Shown: positions 26,349 through 33,136 of the stretch, one piece after another
Layout: every line of letters begins with the position of its first letter
Numbering within the stretch: the first letter of the stretch is position 1
Assembly (NCBI GenBank): GCA_902784305.1
Contig: CACZUK010000002.1
Span: 505 to 64,504 of the forward strand
Length of the DNA stretch: 64,000 nt
Direction: 5' to 3'
Source of the DNA: Oscillospiraceae bacterium
Lineage (GTDB): Bacteria; Bacillota; Clostridia; Oscillospirales; Oscillospiraceae
The notes under the pieces: generated by a model
Seen by the model: only the letters and a program-made list of their open reading frames with translations
The model's database searches: none
What the model was told of the DNA's origin: nothing
Position numbers and translations under genes: made by a program

Positions 26349-27461
26349 ATGCTTTGCTATCAAATCGGCCCTCTGAGCGTCAGTATGGACGCCGCGCCGG
26401 AGAGCTGGCAGCCCTTCCGGACGCAGAATGCGGCAGAGCCGCTGCTCCGGGTGGAGCGGACAGACGAGCCAGTGGATTTGACCGGCTGGCGGCTGATGGC
26501 GGAGCATGAGATGATGCACGTCTGGCGCAGGGAGGAGCTGTCAGCGGGCTGGCTGTTTCAGGACAGCCGCTTTCACGGCTGGCTCTGGCTCTCCCCCGAC
26601 GGGATGCTTGCCCGCTTCCACACGGCGGGGGCGCAGGAGGGCTCCTACGCGCTGCTGCTCCAGGCGGCGGCGGAGTGTGCCCTGATTCGTCTGGGCGTCA
26701 TGATTCTACACGCTGCCTGTGTGTGTGTGGAGGGGGAGGCGGTGGCCTTTTCCGGCCCCTCCGGCGCTGGGAAATCCACCCGCGCCGCGCAATGGGTGAA
26801 GCTGCTCGGTGCCCGGATGCTCTCCGGGGACCGGCCCGCCGTGGACCCCGCCTCCGGCATCGTCCGGGGTGTGCCCTGGGACGGCAAGGAGCGGGTGTTT
26901 GTCAACGCCGCCGCGCCGCTGCGGGCCATTGTGGAGGTGCGCCGGGGCAGCTGTGTGAAGCTGCGCCGGATGACGGACCGGGAGGCCCGGTCCTTCCTGG
27001 CCGGTCAGCTGTTGATTCCCATGTGGGACACGCCCCTGGCGGCAAAGGCACTCTCCGGCCTGCGCCGGTTGATTGCCCGGGTGCCCATCTACCGGCTCTA
27101 CAGCGATGGTGATGAGCAATCCGCCCTGAAAAGCTATGAGATTCTGTTCCGGAATCCGGAGCAGATTGAAGAATGTGAGGAGGAAATCAAGATGAGACTG
27201 AAGCCCGGATTTGAAATCGTACAGATTGACACCGATTATCTGGCGCTGCCCACCGGAGAGAACATCGCGGCCTTTGCCGGCTCTGTGGTGCTCAACGAGG
27301 TCTCCGCCACCCTGCTGCGGGAGCTGTCCGGGCGCGAGTGCAGCCGGGAGGACCTGCTGGAGCTGCTGCTGAACCAGTACAAGGTGGAACGGGACGTGGC
27401 CGCTCAGGATTTGGACAACATCCTCAAGACCTTCGCGGAAATCGGTCTGACCGAGGGATGA
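26349..27461 (+). CDS. HPr-kinase-like P-loop protein fused to a C-terminal PqqD-family (RRE) domain
   Basis: LHAACV..EGEAVAFSGPSGAGKST...SGD resembles the HprK C-terminal kinase core. The last 90 aa or so (MRLKPGFEIVQIDTDYLALP...VLNEVSATLL..L....S.EDLLELLLNQY.V....A..DLDNILKTF.E.GL) read as PqqD-like. GGAAGGAGG RBS. Confidence 0.8.
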   Translation: MLCYQIGPLSVSMDAAPESWQPFRTQNAAEPLLRVERTDEPVDLTGWRLMAEHEMMHVWRREELSAGWLFQDSRFHGWLWLSPDGMLARFHTAGAQEGSYALLLQAAAECALIRLGVMILHAACVCVEGEAVAFSGPSGAGKSTRAAQWVKLLGARMLSGDRPAVDPASGIVRGVPWDGKERVFVNAAAPLRAIVEVRRGSCVKLRRMTDREARSFLAGQLLIPMWDTPLAAKALSGLRRLIARVPIYRLYSDGDEQSALKSYEILFRNPEQIEECEEEIKMRLKPGFEIVQIDTDYLALPTGENIAAFAGSVVLNEVSATLLRELSGRECSREDLLELLLNQYKVERDVAAQDLDNILKTFAEIGLTEG

Positions 27462-27970
27462 GCCAGGCGGAGCAGTCCTCCATCGTCCTCTCGGTGGAGC
27501 AGTGGTTGGAGCTGGTGCAGCGGGGCGCGAACATCCCTGTCACCATCCCCCTGATGGGCACCAGCATGCTGCCCGTCATCCGCTACAAGGTGGACCCCAC
27601 CACCATCGTGCCCCTGCGCCGGGAGCCTCTGGAGGGGGACATCGTCCTCTTCCGCCGCTTTGGGGACGGGGCCTGGGTGGTTCACCGGGTCTACCGGGTC
27701 ATGGGCGACCAGGTCCAGACCTGGGGGGACAACAGCCCCCGGCCGGACCACCCCGTCAGCCGGGAGGACGTGCCGGGGCTGGTGATCTCCATCTGCCGGA
27801 ACGGCAAAACCATCCGTCTGGACACGGAGGAGCAGCGCTGCTGGGGTGTAAAGTGGATGCACAGTACAGTGCGCCGCCGCCTCTGGTTCGCCTGGAGCAG
27901 CCTCCGTTGGCTTCCGGGGAAGCTGATTCGGAAGGTCTGGCCGGATTTTCACAAGAACAAGGGGAACTGA
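27458..27970 (+). CDS. S24/S26-family serine peptidase (signal-peptidase-I/LexA-like fold)
   Basis: Nucleophile motif GTSMLP and downstream GDIVLF...HRV...GDN. The ATG overlaps the upstream stop (ATGA). Confidence 0.8.
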   Translation: MSQAEQSSIVLSVEQWLELVQRGANIPVTIPLMGTSMLPVIRYKVDPTTIVPLRREPLEGDIVLFRRFGDGAWVVHRVYRVMGDQVQTWGDNSPRPDHPVSREDVPGLVISICRNGKTIRLDTEEQRCWGVKWMHSTVRRRLWFAWSSLRWLPGKLIRKVWPDFHKNKGN

Positions 27971-27971
27971 T

Positions 27972-29117
27972 ATGCCGCAAGAACAGATGCCCCGCAGTCT
28001 GGCCCAGCTGATGGCTCAATTGCGTGCGGAGGGCGTGCCGGAATGGCAGTATCATCGGCGCATCATGCGCTATTTTGATTTCAAAGCCAGAGAAAAGGGG
28101 ATTCCCTTTACAGGCACCTTTGAGCTGACGCCCCTTTGCAACCTGGATTGCAGGATGTGCTACGTCCACCTGACCCGGGAGCAGATGGGCGGCGCGAGGC
28201 TCCTGGAGCCGGAGGTCTGGAAAGTCCTGATGGACCAGGCCATTGACGCGGGCATGCGCAAAGCCCGGCTCACGGGCGGGGAGTGCCTGACCTATCCCGG
28301 CTTCGACGAGCTGTATCTGCACCTCCAGAGCCGCGGCGTGGAGGTGATGGTGCTGACCAACGGCGTCCTGCTGGACGAGGCGCGGACGGCGTTTTTCCAA
28401 AAGCACCCGCCCTGTGAGATTCAGGTCACGCTCTACGGCTCCGATGAGGACGCCTACCAGCGCGTCACCGGACGGCGGATGTTCCAACGGGTGTGGGAGA
28501 ACGTGAACCGGGCCAACCGCGCCCAGCTGCCCCTCACCATCGCCATCACCCCCAGCCAGTTCATGGAGCGGGACGCGGACGCCCTGCTGGACCGGGCGGA
28601 GGAGCTGGGCCTGCCCTACAACATCAATTTCGGGCTCTTTGACCCCAGAGAGGAGACGGGACGGCAGCCGGGCGAGAGCATGGACGCCTCCCTGGACCTG
28701 TACATCCACCTCTACAAGCGCAAGCGCGCCCATCAGGGCATTGCGCTGACCCCGGTGGACGAGCGGGAGCTGCCCAGCCCCAGCACCGCCTCCGACCCCC
28801 GAAAAGGGGTCCGGTGCGCGGCCGGGCGCAGCATGTTTGAAATCGACTGGACCGGCACCATGTACGGCTGCACGAATCTGAGAAGCGTCCGGGCCAGGCC
28901 CCTGGAGACCGGCTTTGCCGCGGCGTGGCAGGTGGTCCACACCGGTGTGCAGGAGGTCATCATCCCCTCGGAGTGCGGCAGTTGCGTCTACGCGCCCATC
29001 TGCGTGGTGTGTCCCGCCGCCCACGAGCAGAACGGGTCCGCTGCCCACTGCAACCCCGTCTACTGCAAACGGGTGCAGAGGATGGTGGCGGAGGGATTGA
29101 ACGAAATTCCTGAATGA
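27972..29117 (+). CDS. radical SAM enzyme with C-terminal SPASM domain (peptide maturase type)
   Basis: CNLDCRMC radical SAM cluster and GGECL. C-terminal Cys set CAAGRS...GC...CGSCVYAPICVVCPA...C. Starts 1 nt after the previous stop. Confidence 0.92.
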   Translation: MPQEQMPRSLAQLMAQLRAEGVPEWQYHRRIMRYFDFKAREKGIPFTGTFELTPLCNLDCRMCYVHLTREQMGGARLLEPEVWKVLMDQAIDAGMRKARLTGGECLTYPGFDELYLHLQSRGVEVMVLTNGVLLDEARTAFFQKHPPCEIQVTLYGSDEDAYQRVTGRRMFQRVWENVNRANRAQLPLTIAITPSQFMERDADALLDRAEELGLPYNINFGLFDPREETGRQPGESMDASLDLYIHLYKRKRAHQGIALTPVDERELPSPSTASDPRKGVRCAAGRSMFEIDWTGTMYGCTNLRSVRARPLETGFAAAWQVVHTGVQEVIIPSECGSCVYAPICVVCPAAHEQNGSAAHCNPVYCKRVQRMVAEGLNEIPE

Positions 29118-29174
29118 TGTTTCCCCCTCCGACAGGGGAAGACATAGAACTGTCTGAAGAAAGGAGGACTCTCA

Positions 29175-29339
29175 ATGGATATGGAGAAGAAGGAGTACGA
29201 GACTCCCGTAGCCGAGAAGGTCAATTTCAGCTATCGTCAGCAGGTTGTCGCGGCCAGCGATGATGATGCTTGTGACGAGGTTTGGACCAGAAAAAAGGGC
29301 ACTGGCTGCCATGAAAAGCTGGTTTCCTACGGTGACTAA
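29175..29339 (+). CDS. 54-aa candidate RiPP precursor peptide (absent from the ORF track)
   Basis: Own translation: MDMEKKEYETPVAEKVNFSYRQQVVAASDDDACDEVWTRKKGTGCHEKLVSYGD. AAAGGAGGA at 29160-29168 lies 6 nt before the ATG. Located between the rSAM and exporter genes. Leader-like YETP (YxxP) motif, two Cys, and a Ser near the C-terminus. Confidence 0.6.
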   Translation: MDMEKKEYETPVAEKVNFSYRQQVVAASDDDACDEVWTRKKGTGCHEKLVSYGD

Positions 29340-29349
29340 GTTTTGAATC

Positions 29350-29372
29350 GGGAGGGGGGGAGACCCCCTCCC
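29350..29372 (+). promoter_or_regulatory. GC-rich hairpin directly after the precursor ORF (possible attenuator or mRNA stabiliser)
   Basis: 9-bp stem gggaggggg/ccccctccc with a 5-nt loop, 11 nt after the TAA. No clean T-run follows. Confidence 0.5.
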
Positions 29373-29449
29373 TCCTGTCTGTGGGCGCGTCAGATTGCTG
29401 CGCTGCCCGCGGCGGGAAACGCGAGCGGAACAGGACAGGGGGGAAGGCC

Positions 29450-31171
29450 ATGTTCCGGGACAAACTGAAAAAAGTCTTTGTCAGCCCTGCCCTGGGAGAC
29501 ATCGTGCGCTGGTCCAGACCGGCCCGTCTGGGGGTGGCCGGCATCTGTCTGACAGACGCCGTCAACGCGCTGTGCTCTCTGGGGACGACCCTGTGCACCA
29601 GGGAACTCATCGACGCGGCCACCGGTCGGGAGTGGGCGCCGCTGCGGCTGTACGGCATCCTGCTGGTGAGCGTGGCGGTGCTGGAGCTGATGAACGCCTA
29701 TGGTCACCGGCTCCTGAAGCGGCGCACGGAGGCGAAGCTGTACAACCACCTCTGTGCCCAGACCCTGACCCAGATTCTGGACAAGCAGTACGCCGGCATG
29801 GAGAGCTACCACAGCGGTGAGCTGGTCAGCCGCGTTCAGGGGGACGTGAGTCTGGTGCGCAACGGCATCGTCGGGGTCCTGCCCAAGCTGGTGTCCATGC
29901 TGGTGGGCTTCTTCGGCGCCGCGGCCATTCTGATTTCCATGGACTGGCGCTTTGCCTTTGCGCTGGTGGCCCTGGGCGTCATTGGTGCGTGGATGCTGGC
30001 GGTGCTGCGGCATCCCATGAAGCGGCGGCAGGCGAACGTGCGCAAGCTGGAGGGCAGCATTCAGGCAATGCTCCAGGAGACGCTGCAAAATCTGCGCCTG
30101 GTGAAGGCCAGCGGCAGCGAGGCCAGGATGGTGGACAAGCTCCGGGGCCGTCAGGAGCATTACTATGACACGGTGATGGAACAGACCGCCTTCTCCGCCA
30201 AGGTGAATCTGGGCATCGGCACGCTCTATCACGTCTCCTGGCTGTTCTGCATGCTCTGGGGCGGCTGGGGCATCTACCGCGGCGTGCTGACCTATGGCTC
30301 ATTGGCGGCAATCATCCGGCTGGTGGGGGAGATTCAGGCCCCCATCGGCGAGGCTGCCGAGCTGGCGGCGCAGGCGCTCTATACCGTCACCTCCGCCGAG
30401 CGGCTCAAGGAGCTGCTGGACCTGCCGGACGAGGAGGAGGCCCCCAACATCTCCGGGCGGGAGCTGTATGAGAGCCTGAGGGACATCCACGCGGAGCACC
30501 TCACCTTTTCCTATGGCCGGGAGAGCGACAATGTGCTGGAAAACGCCGAGCTCACCATTCGTCCCGGCTCCTTTGTGGCGCTGACCGGAGCGTCCGGCGG
30601 CGGAAAGAGCACCCTGTTCCAGCTCCTGCTGGGCATCTACCATCCCACCGGGGGCAGCCTGAACTTCCGCTTCGCGGACCACACCGAACCGGCCTCCCGC
30701 CGGACCAGACCTCTGTTCACCTATGTACCCCAGGGCAACACGCTCTTCTCCGGCACGCTGCGGGAGAACTTCTCCATGTTCTCTCAGGGCACCACGGACG
30801 AGGAGATTATGGACGCCGCCCGGGTGGCGTGCATTGATGAGCTGGTGGAGCAGCTGGAGGATGGTCTGGACACGGTCATCGGTGAGCGGGGCGTGGGCCT
30901 TTCTGAGGGCCAAGCCCAGCGGGTGGCGGTCGCCCGGGCGCTGCTGAGCCGCGCGCCGATTCTGCTTCTGGACGAGGCCACCAGCGCGTTGGATGAGCAG
31001 ACGGAGGCCCTGCTGCTCTCCCATCTGGAGGACCTGCGGGACAGGGGCCAGGAGCTGACCTGCCTGATTGTGACCCACCGCCGTGCGGCGCTGTCCATCT
31101 GCGACTACCGCCTGCATCTGGAGCAGGGGACCTTTCACCGGCTGGACGGGCGGGAAGCGGAAACGGTCTGA
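29450..31171 (+). CDS. ABC exporter, fused permease and ATPase (MsbA/bacteriocin-exporter type, no peptidase domain)
   Basis: Six-TM N-terminal half. Walker A GASGGGKST, signature LSEGQAQR, Walker B ILLLDEATSALD. Start trimmed to the ATG at 29450 (MFRDKLKK). Confidence 0.9.
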   Translation: MFRDKLKKVFVSPALGDIVRWSRPARLGVAGICLTDAVNALCSLGTTLCTRELIDAATGREWAPLRLYGILLVSVAVLELMNAYGHRLLKRRTEAKLYNHLCAQTLTQILDKQYAGMESYHSGELVSRVQGDVSLVRNGIVGVLPKLVSMLVGFFGAAAILISMDWRFAFALVALGVIGAWMLAVLRHPMKRRQANVRKLEGSIQAMLQETLQNLRLVKASGSEARMVDKLRGRQEHYYDTVMEQTAFSAKVNLGIGTLYHVSWLFCMLWGGWGIYRGVLTYGSLAAIIRLVGEIQAPIGEAAELAAQALYTVTSAERLKELLDLPDEEEAPNISGRELYESLRDIHAEHLTFSYGRESDNVLENAELTIRPGSFVALTGASGGGKSTLFQLLLGIYHPTGGSLNFRFADHTEPASRRTRPLFTYVPQGNTLFSGTLRENFSMFSQGTTDEEIMDAARVACIDELVEQLEDGLDTVIGERGVGLSEGQAQRVAVARALLSRAPILLLDEATSALDEQTEALLLSHLEDLRDRGQELTCLIVTHRRAALSICDYRLHLEQGTFHRLDGREAETV

Positions 31172-31204
31172 GCCGCCGCGGCCTCAGCCATCGGAACAGC
31201 CTTC

Positions 31205-31240
31205 AAAAAAACGCTGAGTCAATCAGCGTTTTTTTCTTTT
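31205..31240 (+). terminator. intrinsic terminator closing the RiPP-like operon
   Basis: Stem aacgctga/tcagcgtt followed by tttttttc. Confidence 0.8.
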
Positions 31241-31378
31241 GCAGCGGCGGGGGAGAGGGCAGCCGCCGCTTTCGGTCAGCCGGAGAAAAAGAAAAAATTT
31301 AAACGCGGCATATCCACACAATATGTTAGATATGTTGCCTATTCCACGGGTATTTGCAGATGTTTTTCTTGACAAACG

Positions 31379-31406
31379 GAAGAATTGTGCTAAAATAAAA
31401 CCACTT
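31379..31406 (+). promoter_or_regulatory. sigma-70-type promoter (TTGACA-N16-TGcTAAAAT)
   Basis: Hexamers at 31379-31384 and 31401-31406 with a TG extended -10, in an AT-rich spacer. Confidence 0.5.
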
Positions 31407-31545
31407 ACAAAAGAGGCCAGATAAGCGATAATATCCGGCTTTCTTTTTCGCTTTGGACAGTTTCGGATGATAACACAAGTCGTTTGTTTGTTTCGTATTT
31501 TGGGGGTCCCCTCCCATCGTTCCCAGGAAAAACGGAGGCAGTTAC

Positions 31546-31701
31546 ATGAAAGGCAATGAAAGATTTATCGAGCATCCAGCCCACACAGCGGAGCATCTGA
31601 AATCTGAGGAAAATCTTCAGGAGGCATTTGAGGAGCTGCTGCTAAAAGCGCTTTGCTCCAGAGTTCCGGTGAGCTTTCTTCTGAACGAGTCAGAGGCGTG
31701 A
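31546..31701 (+). CDS. 51-aa hypothetical small protein (absent from the ORF track)
   Basis: GGAGG lies 7 nt before the ATG. Own translation: MKGNERFIEHPAHTAEHLKSEENLQEAFEELLLKALCSRVPVSFLLNESEA. No family recognised. Confidence 0.3.
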   Translation: MKGNERFIEHPAHTAEHLKSEENLQEAFEELLLKALCSRVPVSFLLNESEA

Positions 31702-31868
31702 GCGCAATTGACGAAAACACAGCTGCCCGGCGCGCAGGGCGTCCCGCGTTTTTGTGGGGGACCATCTGCGCACCGGGCATTTTTGATTGCCGCGGCACTG
31801 TCCGGAAGCGCGCCCAGCCATCAGCGGCAAAGGGAAACAATCGGTCATGATGCTGGTTTCTGAGCCCT

Positions 31869-31895
31869 TCCCGCTTCCTGAGCAGGCGGGTTTTT
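31869..31895 (+). terminator. terminator/attenuator hairpin upstream of the GNAT gene
   Basis: cccgc-N11-gcggg followed by tttttt. The 5' arm is embedded in cccttcccgc (31864-31873), which can alternatively pair with gcgggaaggg (31912-31921). Confidence 0.5.
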
Positions 31896-31968
31896 TCAGG
31901 CTTGTTTTCCCTGCGGGAAGGGCGTATATTGGGGGCAGCAATCTTTGAAAGGGACAGGATACCGCGCT

Positions 31969-32448
31969 ATGAAAATTCGAGCCTATACGAGCAAAGATTT
32001 AGACGAAATGCGCTCCATCTGGAACGAAGTCGTCGAAGAAGGGATTGCCTTTCCCCAGGAGGAGTGTCTTGATTCAGTCAGCGGGGCAGCGTTTTTTGCC
32101 GCGCAGAGCTATGTGGGCGTGGCAGAGGACAGGGGCGCAATCGTGGGGCTGTACATCCTCCATCCCAACAATGTGGGCCGCTGCGGCCACATCTGCAACG
32201 CCAGCTTTGCCGTTTCCGCGGCCTGCCGGGGCAGGCACCTGGGAGAACAGCTGGTTCTGGACTGTCTGGAGCAGGCGGGAAGGCTGGGCTTCTCCATTCT
32301 TCAGTTCAATGCCGTCGTGGAAAGCAATGTGCATGCCCGGCACTTGTACGAGCGGCTTGGATTCATCCAGCTTGGAACAATAAGGGGCGGTTTTCGGACA
32401 AAAGACGGACATTTTGAGAATATCTGTCCCTATTACAAAACACTGTGA
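31969..32448 (+). CDS. GNAT family N-acetyltransferase
   Basis: Acetyl-CoA motif ACRGRHLGEQLVLDCLEQAGRLGF...LYERLGF. Start taken at ATG 31969 (MKIRAYT). Confidence 0.85.
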   Translation: MKIRAYTSKDLDEMRSIWNEVVEEGIAFPQEECLDSVSGAAFFAAQSYVGVAEDRGAIVGLYILHPNNVGRCGHICNASFAVSAACRGRHLGEQLVLDCLEQAGRLGFSILQFNAVVESNVHARHLYERLGFIQLGTIRGGFRTKDGHFENICPYYKTL

Positions 32449-32535
32449 CACAGGCGGCGGGACTGCGGGCGTTCTGCCGCGCAGGCGCACCTCGACGCGA
32501 ACGCTCCGACTGTTGTCATCCTGTAGTGCAGAAAA

Positions 32536-32580
32536 CGAGCCATGCTGCAAATCTTCAGGCAGCATGGCTCGTCGCTTTGA
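32536..32580 (+). terminator. strong hairpin downstream of the GNAT gene (probable terminator, weak T-run)
   Basis: 13-bp stem cgagccatgctgc/gcagcatggctcg followed by tcgctttgatt. Confidence 0.45.
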
Positions 32581-32779
32581 TTGTCTGAAATCATTGAGAT
32601 TGTTGTCTGTTTCACATTCTGTCAGGATGAAAACGTTCCGTTTAGAAGGCGGTGTCGTCAAGTGCGCCAGGGATTGGCCCAGTATGCTTCTCTTGGGAGC
32701 TGTGCAGAAGCAATCTGCCCTCCGGGCAGCGAAAGCACTGGAAAAGTGAATCGTTTGGCCTCGGCTTGAAGGAAAGATA

Positions 32780-32808
32780 TTTACAGTTGTGCAATTTTGT
32801 GTTATACT
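32780..32808 (+). promoter_or_regulatory. candidate promoter (TTTACA-N17-TATACT)
   Basis: Hexamers at 32780-32785 and 32803-32808. This would give a leader of about 330 nt before the ATG at 33137. Confidence 0.4.
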
Positions 32809-33136
32809 GTTATTCTTTAGAAGATTCGGAGCATGACGACTTTTTCTCATCGCCACTGTGTTTCCGGACTCAGCGGCCCGGAGCGTGTCTTCCTGTGTGG
32901 GGGGCTGCATACATCTGCCCGATTCCCTGTCTGCCCACGCAAACGGGTGGATGTGGATGCTGCGGAGTACCGGATTCAGACGCCGGAATACAGCCGGGAC
33001 ACGAAGAACATCCGGCGCGGCGTACACAAGGAACTCAGCTGAGCAGCGCAGTCAGAGCGCAGAAGCAAAACGCCCGCGGATATGGACAGAAGTGATTCTG
33101 GCCGTATCCGCAGGTCCCACAATCAGGAGCAGATTT

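Noticed and set aside
32074-33027. 317-aa minus-strand ORF
   Set aside because: It overlaps the GNAT gene on the opposite strand and then runs through a heterogeneous intergenic region. It has no RBS, no motif and poor coding-like composition.
32840-33136. Possible cobalamin riboswitch in the long leader of the phosphoesterase gene (the GCCACTG string resembles the B12-box core)
   Set aside because: The other conserved cobalamin-riboswitch elements (GGGAA, GGTGAAAATCC-type junction, full B12 box) are not present around it, and the downstream gene has no link to cobalamin.
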